64,000 nucleotides of DNA, taken from NCBI RefSeq assembly GCF_009914755.1, contig NC_060927.1, one strand, 5' to 3'. Positions 29,860 to 45,137 of this stretch are shown here, one piece after another. Each line of letters begins with the position of its first letter. Within the stretch, counting starts at the first letter, position 1. Below the pieces are notes generated by a model that saw only the letters and a program-made list of their open reading frames with translations, was not told the origin of the DNA and ran no database searches. This stretch comes from the human T2T-CHM13v2.0 reference genome, Homo sapiens. Position numbers and translations under genes: made by a program.

Positions 29860-31871
29860 TCAATAGCAAAATTAGAATATTTTAATAGTAATATAATAGA
29901 ATAAAGGTTTGGGAGTGCAACCAATCTTCTAGAACCTGAAGGTTGGCATTCATTGTTCATAAACTCAGCTGAAGGCAGTGCCTTCCAAATGTGGTTAAAT
30001 TGCCATGGGAAAGACCAGGGTTAGTTGCAGGGCATCATTTTCCAAGCAGAACCATTTCAAATGCTAAAACTGGCCCCTGAGGTTACATTGAGCCTCCCTT
30101 CCTGAGTGAGATGTTTGGAAATGAGGTGGCTTTGGAAATAAGCTTGTCTGTAACAGTGGTTTCCACAAAGACTTCAGTCTCATGGCATTGGACTTTGTTT
30201 GGACATTGACATAAATATTTTGGCATATCACCATATGAGGCTTTTCCAGAGGTGGCTTCCAGTATGCTTCTGGAGGGGGTCTTCCAAGAAGGGTGGCACT
30301 TAAGGGTCATGAATGGCCATGACCCATGCCCAGCTGTTCCAGAGGACATGGGGAGACAGAGCTGTCTGGCAAAGGGCCAGGTGCAGAGTCAGTCTGGGGG
30401 CCATGGATGGCATGGATAGTCAGGTCAGGATCCTTCATGCCAATCTGTGGCTTCTTGCTGTCCCCACCTCTCCTCCTGCTCTCACCAACTCCCACACCCC
30501 CAGTCCCACACTGCCCACCGAGCACACCCTGGGAGAAGGCCCTAATGTAAATGGAGGGAGGTGAGGTAAGAGCTGAGGGAAGCTCCATGGAGAACCCTGA
30601 TTAGCATTGCTTTGCACAAAGTCGGTCTCCAATAAATATATTTGTTGATGAATGACCTCCTTCGTTGGCTTCTGTCTCTCAACATCTATCACGTAGCAGC
30701 TGTGTCTCTCAACCCAGGCATCCACCTCTCTGGAGGCAGTGAGAAGAGGCTGAGAAAATGGGAATGGTATGAGCATGTCTGAAACCAGGAAAGCCAACCT
30801 GACTGGCTGTTTTGTGGGCCGCAGCTTGCCATCCAGCTTGGTGACAGTGGACATCCACTCTGCTTCATCACTTGCTTTGCTGACATCTCTTCTGCCTCTC
30901 TACTCCTCGGAATACGGGCTGAAGTCCAGACAGGGAAGTGCATGTGAAGCCACCTCATCTGCTGCCAGGGAGATGTGGGAGGTTCTTCCCATTACTCTGA
31001 GATGAGGGGGTCTCGTCCCCACATTGAAGGGGTGGGAGGTTGGGCATCAGGACCATTTCATAGGCCTTCCTTGGGTCTTCACTGTGTTGTAGCTTCCTCA
31101 GTTTGAAACGTACCCCAGAAAGACAGGGATAACATGTGAGGATCTAAGGACAGAAAGTCCAGGGTTCATATGGACAGCACTTAGATGACCCATCCTTGGG
31201 GTTTCTCAGTCCCTGCTCTGGTGCCTGCATGCAGGTAATGGGCAGAGACTGTACTTCCCAACATGGCAGCATCCAGAATGGCCTCTAGGTACAGGAAGTG
31301 AGGGTCTGAGGGGGAGGGAGCCAGCCCCTCCCGTAGTCTGTGCTGATGCCAAACCCAGGTGTGAAGGGGGTTACAGCCAGTCTCCCCAGTCTCCCAGTGG
31401 CTCTGGCTATTAATAACTCAGCCACTTCCTTCTTCCTTTCACCCCTGCCACTCTGCAGGGTGTGGGCAGTCAGCGGGAGAGTGGAGCTGCCTGGCAAGAA
31501 GGGCAGATACCCTTTTTCTCTCTCTGTTTAGGATTCCCCCCAGGGCTGGTGAGGGGCCTGGCTGCCTCAGTGGGCATCCTCAATGGAGGACTCAACACTG
31601 AAGTGAGCCTGGGCATCTGGGGGCCTCTTCCAAGGGGCCAGGGAAGACTCAGCCCCCCAGTTCTGGCCCACACAGCCCGGGTACACAGTGGCCCTTAGGA
31701 ACTGTGGGGAGGACTCTGGGAGGAAGAGGTAGGGAAGGCAAATGAGGACTGGGGTTTTCTTTCTTGTTTAAAAATACAAAAAGGAAATGACGTGTTAACA
31801 TTAGTGAGTATAGGCAGGTGTGGAAGAGTCAAGGTCCACTCTCTGGAGCAGGGCAGTGGCCCAGGGTGGGG
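29860..31871 (-). other. SLCO2A1: SLCO2A1 3' UTR (~2 kb)
   Basis: Runs from stop to first plausible minus-strand PAS; cleavage site approximate. Confidence 0.8.
29881..29886 (-). terminator. Poly(A) signal ATTAAA of SLCO2A1
   Basis: + strand tttaat; U/GU-rich element (atttatgttgtc on minus) ~40 nt downstream. Confidence 0.75.
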
Positions 31872-32396
<525 letters not shown>

Positions 32397-32649
32397 TCAA
32401 GCCCACCTTCCTGTGGTTTCTGGGCCATATGACAACGGCAGCAGGTGAGGTGGCTGGAAGGGGTGCAGAACCCAATAGCACTGCAGCTGGACTTGGCCCA
32501 TTGAGGCAGGTTGGTCCCCCTGCCCTGGACCTCTGCCAGGAGCCATGATGTGGCCCCCCTCTGTCTCTGAGCAGCAGGAGGCTGCCCCCAATTTTTCCAC
32601 AGCCATGGCCTCTTCCTTGGGCTCCAGCCATCCCCGCCCCTTCTTTCTG

Positions 32650-32737
32650 CTGCTGCCCCTTCCAAAGGCTTTCGGGTCAGGGAAGTCCCTGGGTCTGCTG
32701 CCCCTTCCAAGGGCTTTCGGGTCATGGAAGTCCCTGG
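32650..32737. repeat. 45-bp tandem duplication in SLCO2A1 intron 13
   Basis: ctgctgccccttccaa(a/g)ggctttcgggtca(g/t)ggaagtccctgg twice, 2 mismatches. Confidence 0.95.
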
Positions 32738-32931
32738 ACATCTCCCTGTGAGCCCTGAAATGCCTGTTATAGTAGCCCCTGCTCCCTGTCCATGGCAGGG
32801 CCGCAGAGGTGGCCCTTCATGTTCTCTTCCTTGGAAGCCTGACAGCCCCCACAGTAGCCACTGGGCATATGACTACTGTCATCTCAAGCCCAGGGCCTGG
32901 CTCTGGGACACACATACATGATGGGCCCTCA

Positions 32932-33144
<213 letters not shown>

Positions 33145-35534
33145 TCACATACATGAGAACAGCTCTGCCGTACCCATAGGACTCACAGTGACTCTGGAAA
33201 GCAGAATAGCTTTCAGTGAAGCCTGAATTTCTCTTTCACCAGAAGGCTTAGAAGACAAAAGGGACCTGGGCCATTCTTTCAAGTCAGAGTAAGTCACAGG
33301 GATCACCTTGATGCCGGCTCAGACATCCAACATAGTTCTCCTGAGATCAGCTCAGAGTGGAGATACACGGGCCTCCACTGTGTGGCAGGAGGCTCTCCAG
33401 GCATCGACTTCTCAGGTCCTCACACTGGCCCCGAGGTGTGGGTGCCCACTTTTTAGTGAAGAGGAAGGGGTTCTTGGCTGGGACACTGTAACACAGCCAA
33501 GAGAAGTCAAGGCCAGACTTGGAACCCTGGTTTATGGAGGTTCGAATCCCATGTACTTCCACCACACCAAGCTGCCCTATTGGATTAGACAACACCCCTC
33601 TGCAGACCTCCCAATACCTGGCTGCTCAAAGCTTCTGCTCTGGGACCCCGAACTTCCCAGCAGCTGAGTGTTAAGATTTGGCTTGGCAGGGGCTATGCCT
33701 TCCTGGCTGTCTAATATTCCGGATGCCACACTACCTGTGGGTAGCGTACCACTAGCTACAGCTCTAGGCAGTTACTGGACTGGGGAGGGCTTGTCCAGGA
33801 TTTACACCAAGGCTGGCCCATCCCATTCTCAGCACCACAGTGCTGACAACAGCCTCCCAGACTTTGTTTAGGGCCCTGTGAGCAGCTGCTTCCAGAAGAA
33901 AGACAGACAATGCTCCACTTGTGGCACTGCCCACAAGTGGGAAACTCTAAGAAGAAGCCTCTCTACTCAGATCCTGCTCACTCTCAAGTCTCCAGGTGAA
34001 CAGGGGGATGAAAACTGGCCAGAGTGATATATGACACTTCCTTATGTAGAAGCAAAGTCCGGAAACATTGTCAACCCAATCCCAATGTGTAATTTAAAAC
34101 CTGTAATAGGAAGTCCTTTTTTTTACCCAAGAGTGGATTGTGTTCTTGGGTGATAAATGGAACCCCTCCAGGCCTGGGTTTTCTCATTGTGGTCCCACAT
34201 TGAGTTATCTGAGCTCAAATGGAAAAGCAAAAGCAGCGAGTGCTTCAAGCAGTGCGAGAGAGTCCGAGAGAGTCCTTGTTTTCAAGGTCATTTTCAAGGT
34301 TGCTGGAGGAAGCAGGAAAGGGCTCTTTAGAGCCTATCCTAGGTGCTGGATGGGCTGAGAGGAATGTGAGGTCTCTTTCCCAGCAGAAGTGTTAGAGAAA
34401 GTTAAGTTATAAATGAAAATAAGGAGCTCTGATGACAGCAGAGCCTCTGCTGGGAGGACAGGTAGATCCTGCCGCCCTGCTTCCTCTGTGTTTATAATGC
34501 AGGCAGCAGGAGCAGGGTCTGAAGGGGCTCTGCAGGGACTAGAGGAACAAGAAATCCCACTGAAAAAGCTGGTTCATTCCCATCATCCAAACACTTCTCC
34601 CAGCCTGGGACTGGATTGGGCTCAGCAAGGGCTCCCGCTCACCTGGCCCCAGTAGAGACATCACCAATACATCTCAAAATGGGGATGGAAGCCACTGCAG
34701 GGCGCGGTGTTGACCTGGCCCCTGGGTAATGAGGCACAGTGGGCTATCCATTATTTCAGGATTTATAGTCAGAAACGACACCTTATAGTAACTGAAGTTC
34801 CTCTTGCTGGAGTCTCCATATTCCCCTCTGTAGTTTGCACCCTTAATTAACACATCCTCAGTTCAATTAGGTCCCTTTACTACTGTGTGCCTGTCATTAC
34901 AAGGATCTCTCTATTGCTGCCTTGTGTTAAGTCTAGTGCACAGATATGTCAAGAAGGAACAGCCAGTGTGAGCAGTTCAGGAATGGGCCTGCATTGTGCC
35001 CCCAGCCCTCAGCCCAGGCACCCCGGGAGAGCACTCCTGCTGCCTCAAGCAGCTCGCTCTCCCCTGGGGCACTGCTGATCACTTGTGCACAGCTCCATTC
35101 CTCTGGTGGGCTCTGGACTGCTTGAGGGCAGGCAGGACTCACCAGCAGAGGACCCCACAGGGAAGAAACTTTTGCTAAATAGTTTTAGGAGGAGTGAATT
35201 TTGTAAAATGGAAAGGAAGCCAGGGCTGGGCTCAGCCGCTGCTCTGGCTTGGCAGGAATGCAAAGTTTTGTTCCTACAGTGAGTTTTGTGAGAAGGATTT
35301 AAAAATACCTGCCTTTAACACTCTATTAGGTATTCTCAGCTGTGTTCACTTTTCATTTTTCTTACATAACTTAGTTAGGAATGAATGCCATAGATGGAGT
35401 CTTTCCTAACCTCAAGCAATCTGGGAAACCGTCCACATGGATTTTGGCATCTGCTGTTGATTATGCACAGCTTCTCTTCGCCATGGAGATGAGATGGTGC
35501 TTCCTCCATCGCTACCCTGCACCCATAGCCTTCA

Positions 35535-35672
<138 letters not shown>

Positions 35673-35816
35673 TCAGCAGTGGGAGGATTCAGGGCTGCAC
35701 GATCCCTTGGGTAAGGGGCAGCCAGCCTCAGAGCAGGTCAGAACCAGCCCTGATGTGGCCTGACGAGCCCTCTGGTGACCGGGTTCACCTGGGCTGAATG
35801 CTCTAGTTCTTTACAT

Positions 35817-35986
35817 CAGTGGCCTCAAAGCGTGGTCCCTGGATCATCAGCATCCCCTGGGAACTTGTTAGATATGCAGATTTTCAGGCCCACCCCAGAC
35901 TTACTGAGTCGGAAAGTCTGGGGATGGGGCCCAGCAATCTGTATTTCACCTCCAGGAGATTCTGATGCATCACTGAGAACCACCAG
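35817..35986. mobile_element. MER5A hAT-Charlie MITE
   Basis: cagtgg...gggaacttgttagatatgcagatt...tgagaaccac. Confidence 0.85.
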
Positions 35987-36199
35987 TCTGTGTGATTTTC
36001 AGGGCTGCCCAGAGCCCCCTTCAAGAAGCAGAGGGCAGTAGAGGCTAGGAGTGGAGAGAAGGATGCTGTGGGTGTGTTGATAGCAGCAGGTCTGAACAAC
36101 TCCCACAGAATGTCTTATAACAGTAAAAGACAGCCCTGCTGCAAAGTGTAATTAGGGCCCTTGGGCTGCAGGCTTCTGTGCACAGCTAAAAGAATTCCC

Positions 36200-36364
36200 T
36201 ACCCCAGGCTAGCTCTGTGGGTGTGTGCATACAACTCCACCCTCAGAAAGGTCCCATGTTTGGCTTAATGCTCTGCTGCAGCTGTCTGGAAATTCTTAAT
36301 TTCTGAGCCAGGGGCTTTACATTTTCATTTGCAATAGGTCCTGCAAATTAGGTAGCTGGTCCTG
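36200..36364. mobile_element. MER45-like hAT-Tip100 element
   Basis: cattttcatttgcaataggtcctgcaaattaggtagctggtcctg terminus. Confidence 0.6.
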
Positions 36365-37070
36365 CCCCTAACCATCTTCCTTCAAGAGAGGAAAATGTGT
36401 TTGGCTGAGGAAGGAGATTCAGAGAGAGCAGGGGACGGCCCTGCCATCCCAGCTGGGGAGTGGAGAGAGGGAGGACACCTCCACACAAGGTGGGGAGCCA
36501 GCAGCTGGCCAGCAGAGGCACCTGATGAGTGACTTGACTCCAGGACTCTCTGTGCTCTGAGCACACACACTCCCGGTGGGTGCTTGTCAGGAAGAGCCTT
36601 CAGTGCTAGGGGACAGTGAGGAAGGGAGCTCAGAAGTAATCCCCAGGCCTCTACCTGTGGTTTGTTTCACCACCACCATCACAGTTCTGCTAGCAAACTG
36701 GAAAGGGACCTTTGCCCAGTCCCCCTGAGGGATGGCCCAGTGAGACAAATACTCATTGGGGCAGGGGAAGAGGCACCCCTTGGGACCCCCACAATGCAAA
36801 GTGTCTCAAATCCTGTTGTGTCTACAGATCCCTCCAGTGGTCCAGTTCATAATAGATACCTGCCTTGTCTTGGCCCTTGCCCTGGGCAGACTCCCCTAGA
36901 TTCTCAATGAAACGGGACTTGGCCACCCCAATTTGGCTTTTGATTGAGATCTTGGGCCCCTTCTAGTCTCTGTCCCATGTGGCCCTGAATGAAAGCTGAC
37001 CTTCTGACCTCTCTTTCTCCTTCCACGTTTTCAGCTAGCCTTCACTTCCAGCTTGTGTTCCCATGGCTAA

Positions 37071-37505
<435 letters not shown>

Positions 37506-37513
37506 TAAATCGT

Positions 37514-38354
37514 TGTGGGATCCTGGGGCCTCCTCTCCACCCCCTACCCCAACTCGACCTAGAAAGGAGAGATTTTCTAGAGAAGCCCATCCTGTGGTTG
37601 AAATGATGCTCTGTTCTTCACGACCTCCTTGTACCTAGGGTTTGACAGGAGTCCTCTGGGAGGTGATTTGACAGGGATTGCCCTTCTTCCTGCTGCATAG
37701 CGACTTGCCAGGGAGATTTTCCTACTCTGTGCCCTCTCCTCATCATGGCCTCATGTAGTTTTATGTCAGGGCTGGAGGGTCCACTGTGGTCCATCTGACC
37801 CAAGGTGCAAGAAGGGAAGCCCGCTGAAGAGTCTCAGGTGAAGCTGTCAGTGCTTTGAATGCGCAGGATGGGGAGCGGTAGAGAAGGGGGTGACAGTGGT
37901 GTCAAAGGAGGCAACACGCCGTGGGTTCCAAGCATCCCTGCACCTTCTTGCTGAGTAAGCTCAGAATGCAAGGTCCTGACTACTGTTTTCCTGTGCCGTT
38001 TCTCCGGGTTGTAGTTGCAATGAGCAACTCTGAGGCATGAGTTAACGTTTCCTCCAAGACCAGGAGCAGCGGTGCTCACTGCTCACCATAGAAGTGGTGG
38101 CTCTTCTATGCTCAGTGTTCTTGCAAAGTGTACACCTGGGCCTCTCTGTGTCACCCCTGTAGGATTTGGGGGTCAAGGATAACTGACACACCCTAAGTTT
38201 TGTGCTGCTTTCTGTGCTGTAATAAAGTATTTTGTCTTTGACCCAGGAGTCTCACATCTTCTGCCAGCATCCTTGAAATAGTAGTTTGATTTGATAGCTT
38301 TCACACTAACTTGATAGCTCACTTATAAATAGGGTAAAATCCCAGATCCCAACA
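37514..38354 (+). mobile_element. ERVL-class LTR (MER54/MER74-like), intron 11
   Basis: TG...CA ends, aataaag...tgacccaggagtctc...tagggtaaaatcccagatcccaaca 3' end. Confidence 0.65.
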
Positions 38355-38449
38355 AGTGGCTGCATCTGCTCCTTCCTTTTCTCCTAGCCTTCTGGGGAAA
38401 ATAGGTCACAGACACCTAGCTAGCTGTGAATTATTATTATTATTATTTG

Positions 38450-38660
38450 ATTAATAGTGATAATTAACCAATATGTAGAACACCTTATATTTACAAAGCA
38501 ATTTACCATATAATCCTGACACCAACCCTTTGAGTTCGATATCATCATCATCATTTCATGAATAAGGAGACTGAGGCTCAATGAGGTTAGGCAACACCCT
38601 AACACAGCCAGTATGTGGCAGAGCAGGGACTTTAATCCTGGCACCGGGAGTCCAAATCCT
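38450..38660. mobile_element. MIR
   Basis: Core ggagactgaggctcaatgaggttagg. Confidence 0.7.
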
Positions 38661-39144
38661 GTGTTTTTGCCCTCTCTGCTTGCGAGGTGAGTGAGGACAG
38701 GAGGGAGGGCAGTGGGGGTGGGTTAGGTGAATTTGGTACAAATGTTGTTTTCTCCTTGCAGCCAGTGAGGTGAAGAGCGGGTCATTCCCAGTGAAAACCT
38801 CAGAAGCATTCATTGCCAGCTGCCAGCTGTAATGGGACACCCCGCTCCTCCCCTCCAGCTCTGGCCAGCGGCTCCCTTCCTGACCTGGGAACTTGGTCCT
38901 GGAGCCAATCATACCAGGATTTTCTCATTTTCATCCTTTTCCATAGCCCTCACTCTGACTCTGAAACTTTCCACGTTTTCCTGCCTTGGTTTTATGCATC
39001 CAACTAAATTCTCTTTGCTCTTCTCATTTCTTTTAGGATTTAAAAATAAGCAAACCTACAGGCATTTCCATGGTGTGGAGCCAGGCAGCCTGGCTTCAAC
39101 ACATGGCTCAGCCATTCACTGGCTCTGCCATACTAGGCTAGTGA

Positions 39145-39465
<321 letters not shown>

Positions 39466-39762
39466 TAACCTCCAATGTGCAGAGTGGAGGCGCCAACAGG
39501 GCCTGTGTCACATGGACGCTGTGGGACTGAATGAGGCCCTGCAATGAGGAGCTCAGCACAGAGCCTCCCTGGGCAGGGCTCCCAGCACTGTTGCCATTAG
39601 TATTATTTCCCCTCAGCAAAAGAACCTTGCACATTGTCATTTAAAGGACTCTGAGGGCCACAAAAGGGGGGAGAGATGAGAAACAGGCAACTAGGCGCAA
39701 AGTCAAAGGGAGATGTGGGGAAGGAGAAGCCACGCCCCAGACTCACAGAGGTTTGCCACTCA

Positions 39763-39972
<210 letters not shown>

Positions 39973-41099
39973 TCACTTTCACACACTTCAGACGTCTGCA
40001 CCAGCTCTTGTTGGAGACTGAGGTTTCAACCCTTGTGTCCTCTGGGTCTGGTTCCCAGGGAAGCTGGGTGAGCCTGGGGCCAGGTGAGGGTTTCAAGCTG
40101 CCCCAGGGGTCCCACCTCTGTCACTGTTTGGGCAACAGAAACCATCTTCTGGGCTGGGCTGGGCTCCTCCAGAAGTCATATCTGCCTCTGGATGCCCAGG
40201 AACACTGCCAGGTTAGGCCCCCAACCCCCAGCTTGGAGCCAGGGGCCCAGGAGGGCTTGTGCCCAGCAGTGGTGGTTTTGCAGATTGTTGTTTTTGCTGT
40301 TTGTGTGTTTATTGCAGAGGGAGGCATAAACAGTAGGAGGGCAGTGGGAACACAGTGGAATTCCCTGGGTTCTGATTCTGTCAGGCCTTTGCTGGAGCTC
40401 CCTGCCTGAAAGGAACTCCTGCCTAGAAGGGACTCCAGAGAAGGAGGCCCCTGTCTCAAGTCTGCAAGTCCATATGGCTCAATACTGTTGTCCAACTCAC
40501 TTTGGTGGCCACTGCCCTTGTCTGGTGGTCTTCACCTTCCTTCGCTGCCCTTGTCAGATGGCCCAGCCTGTGACAATTTCAGTGTCCAAGCAGTTACAAG
40601 ACTAATATTGGAACTAAGGGACTAGTATGTTTCCTTCTGCCGACAGTGGTAACTATGCACCCTCTTCACTTGGCCCCTAGGAAACTCCAAAGTTAGTTAT
40701 ATAAAATATTGCTGTTACTTTCCTCAGTCTGGATTTTTTAGAGATTTTTTTTCTTTATAATTTACTGATTTTTTTTCTTGATATTTTGCTAATGGGTTTT
40801 TGTCTTGAGGTATGTATGCTGTTACGGGAAACTTGCCAAGATTATTTCTGGAAGTAGGTGACTCAGAGGTAAGTTAACAAAGATAAGAAAACCACAGAAG
40901 CCACCACAACTGGAAGGCAACTTAAAGAGCATCTTGTCCAAGTTCCTTGTCCTTCCTCTGCCTGGGAGCCACGCTCCTTCGCCCGCAGAGGTGGCAGTGG
41001 CAGCAGCCTTGCCCTGTCCTTTCAGAGGAGGTTGGTAAGTAGGCACTAGGCTTGCCCATCCCCTCCATATGGGCTTAAGGGAATAAGGCATGTTCCTAG

Positions 41100-41562
41100 C
41101 TTACACTAACTGCACAGTCTTCTCATTGCTCAGCAGTTCCTAAGCCTGGCCTGCCTGGCTCTGGCTCCTGCCTGCTCCCTGGCCAGCTGGGTGTGACACT
41201 CCTCCTACAGCACCAAGCCCGGCCTTTTCTCTTCTTTCCTACAGCATGCCCAGTACATTCATGCCCTTGGGACTTGTACTTGCTGCTCCCTTTATCTGGA
41301 ATGCATTGCTCCTGGTGTGCATAGAATTCTGTTCTTCTGGTTGTTCACTTCTAATGTCACCCTCTCCCGGAGGCCCCTGGGAACTCTCCATCCTATTAAG
41401 TCCTTCCATGGCATGGGTTACTTTCTAGAATTATCCTGTGTGTTGATTTGATAGAATGCACCCTCCATGAGAACAGGGACCTTGTCTGATGGGTTCACCA
41501 TCACATCCTCAGCACTCACGGCTGTGCCCAGTGTTCTGTTTATTGAATAACTAAACAAATGA
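41100..41562 (+). mobile_element. L2 3' fragment
   Basis: ctccatgagaacagggaccttgtct...tttattgaataactaaacaaatga tail. Confidence 0.7.
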
Positions 41563-42114
41563 CTCAAGTCAGTTTGCTGCTGGCTGATCCTAGGAGGTGT
41601 GGAGCCACAGAAAAAAGGACTGTACTTTGCCAAGTGAGTCTAGTGAATGGAGGTTGCCCAAGTGGAAAGCTGGTGGCCAGAAGATACATGGCTTTGAATA
41701 GAAGTGCCCCAGACTGAGGCAGAGCCCTGGGTTCAAGTGCCAGGTCAGCCCGAAATAGCTGCATGATTTCAGGCCAGCCATGTGGCCACACCTGGGAGCT
41801 GAGGGGTTGAACCAAGTGCCCTCAGCTACTGCTTCTGGCTCTACCCTTCCAGGTCCATGTCACAGAAGCCTAATGCCCTCGATTTATCTGGGCCACGGCC
41901 AGCCTGCAGGACCCAGAGATGCCCATGAGGATCTCTCAGGATGGGGCTCAAAGGCCTCAGCTGAAGGAGTGCTTTGACTGGTTTCTGCTCTGAGCGGTTA
42001 GGCCTCAAGAATGTGAATTTGTTGGACATCGGCCAGTCTTTAATTGACTGTGGGCTGTCAGCATCTGGTCATGACCCCAGGGTAGGGAGGTAGAGAGAGG
42101 TTGGATGTGGCTCA

Positions 42115-42447
<333 letters not shown>

Positions 42448-43029
42448 TCAAACAAAGCAAGACCAAAGAAAAACCCTACACTCCAGCCCAGTGTGAGTTC
42501 CTGGCCTGGTGAGTGTGTCTGTGCATCTTTATTTCTTTTGGGCCAGTGCCACCCTGGGATCTGAATTATGCCTGGTGGAGCCAACAGTGAATTTGCCACT
42601 GTTTAGTGGTCACGGCATCTCTCCATTTCTTCTGCCACTGGGAGCCCAAATCCACTAATTATGCTCTGGGAAGGCCTGGCTGGTGAATCCCTTGCCACAG
42701 TAGGCGTCAAGACAACCAACCACCCAGAAAGGGCAGCTGCAATGGGCAGGTCACAGACAATATTCGCCTTCCCTCTTCTTCAGCCGAAAAACAGTGGCTG
42801 GGACCGCTGAGGCAATCCAGGATTTAGTTTGCTGTCTGTCTCCTGGCTTAATGTAGACCTTGCCCAGAGTTACTCCATCCCCTTGAGCTTCAACCAGAGG
42901 GATTTCACTGGTTGATCTCACTGTTCCCACTGTTCCCCGGTATCTGATATTCATGACCTTCTTCGGGGAGGGTTGGGAAAGGGGCTGACAAACCACTGTC
43001 CAGATATTTCACTAGTATAATTATACGAA

Positions 43030-43230
43030 TGAGAGTTCATCTCGTGCCAGGCACTGTGCCCGGGGGCTTTACATGCACAATCATCACAACGAGTCTACAG
43101 TGAATTATTTGCCTGTTGTGGATTAGAAAACCAAAGCTTAGATAAGGTAAGCAACTTCCCCCAACTAGTAAGGAACACTGGTATACAGTCCAGGCCTGTC
43201 TGAGGACAAAGCCATGTGCTAAACTCCCAG
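43030..43230. mobile_element. MIR
   Basis: gtgccaggcactgtgcc...aaaccaaagcttagataaggtaagcaacttccc. Confidence 0.65.
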
Positions 43231-43993
43231 TGGACGCTGCCAAAAGGCCCAAAGGCTTCTCGGCTTTCCTCAATCCACAGTCAGCCTGCAGAAGTGCCGT
43301 ACAGACTAGGGGTGAGCTCCCTACCCCGAGCAACCCTCCCTTCCCCCAAACCCCTTCTCTCCTTCACCCACCAAAGACAGAGGAGGTCATTTCAAAGAAA
43401 AAAAAAAAAAAACAGAGAAAATACCAGGGCTGAAAGGTACAGCATCTCCAAATGTTGCAACTTCATTAGGCAAAGTCTTAAAAAAAAGCTTGTTGACAGG
43501 TGGCACCCAGGAAAAATAAAATAAAATGCCCCTTGGTTGGCATCCTTCCCCTCACAGGGCTCTGAAGCTCTTCCTGAACATAAAGCCAAAGTTAACACTG
43601 TGACCCATATTGCTGTCTGCAAACCAACAGGCAGACTTTACCTGACCTTCTCCTCACCTGCCCTAATTTTTCAAGTCTGCCATCACTCTCATTATTCTTC
43701 TCCAGATCTTTTCAAGTCTCCTTTCATCTCTCTTCAGCAGCTCAATGAAACTGAAATTCTAGCCAGCACAGAGCTGATGCTAAACATAGCTTATTTCCTG
43801 GTTCCTGTGGCTCACAGCCCTACAAATTCATCCTGAAATCAAACAAATTAGTTTTTGGTGCTTCTTAAGAAAACAGAACTCTAACCCTGATTGCTGGTGG
43901 CCCAGTAAGAGCCTTTGATCTCTTCTTATAATGGAGCAGACCATTCAAGACCTGATTTTCTAAGTTGCCACGTGAGAGATCAGATCAAAAGTG

Positions 43994-44308
43994 GGCCGGG
44001 CGGGGTGGCTCACACCTGTAATTTCAGCATTTTGGGAGGCTGTGGCAGGCAGATCACTTGAGGTCAGGAGTTTATGACCAGCCTGGCCAAAATGGTGAAA
44101 CCCCGCCTCAACTAAAAATACAAAAATTAGCCGGGTGTGGTGGTACACACCTGTAATCCCAGCTACTCGAGAGGCTGAGGCATGAGAATTGCTTGAACCT
44201 GGGAGAATCACTTGAACCTGGGAGGTGGAGTTTGCAGTGAGCCAAGATCACGCCACTGCACTACAGCCTGGGTGACGGAGCGAGACTCTGTCTCAAAAAA
44301 AAAAAAAA
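43994..44308 (+). mobile_element. Alu (AluS-like) with internal ~20-bp duplication, antisense to SLCO2A1, intron 9
   Basis: gagaattgcttgaacctgg-gagaatcacttgaacctgg repeated; TSD aaaagtg. Confidence 0.95.
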
Positions 44309-44416
44309 GTGTACAGCAAAGAATAGAGTTAAGGAAGCAGGAAGGAAGATGTATAACAGCCAGATCTAAGCCCTGGCCTTATTAAAGGGGATCTCTCTAC
44401 CCCTTATTCCCATTAC

Positions 44417-44606
44417 CTAGGGGGGTAGACTTCGGCCACAGTTGGGGTGGAGCATCCCATGAAGAACAAAGGAACACAAAGGATCATGGAGATGGTGATG
44501 ATGGTGGTAGCTATGCGGGGAATGGCTTGTAGAGAGAAAACAAAGCGCTTCATGAGGATTCCTCCAAACAGCATCCCCAAGGCTGCAGCAGGGAGGTTCA
44601 CAGCAC
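44417..44606 (-). CDS. SLCO2A1: SLCO2A1 exon 9 (190 nt; [15 protein letters not shown]...VAEVYPPS)
   Basis: Inside ORF 44413..44685; tatag| and |gtaatg ends. Confidence 0.97.
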
Positions 44607-45137
44607 CTATAAGTGGAAAGAAGGAGGTGATCCAGGTGCACAGGCCTGGGACTGCATGTGGGCTACAAACACTGAGCTGGATCACTGAGAAGGAAGCATG
44701 GCTTCAGGAAGGAACATTTGGTATGTTAAATTGTAATCGAAGTAGCTGACATTAATTGAGCATTTACTGCTTGCCAGGCACATCTAGAGAAATATCTTGA
44801 GACAGGATTGCCTTGCCTATACAAAAAATACAGAAGTGGGGTTCTTGCAGCTTAAGAGATGTGGGTTGAATATGCATTTATTAAGCACATTTCATTCCTT
44901 GGGGCCTCTTTGCATGGGACCGCATGGGGTTAGCAACACAAGAGTGATGACCCCTATGTACCAGTCAGAGATGGAAGGCCAGAGGGGTAAAGCCACAGCC
45001 AAGGACCAGCCAGGGGGTGCACGGGAGTCACCCTCCAATCTCATGCACTGATCACCTTGCCAACTCCATATGGTTAAACTCACCTGTGGGTTGGGTTGGG
45101 CCCAGTGATTTCCTAGGGTACTTGGTGGGACCACATC

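Noticed and set aside
38703-38722. G-quadruplex motif gggagggcagtgggggtggg
   Set aside because: Such motifs are frequent in this GC-rich region; nothing singles this one out.
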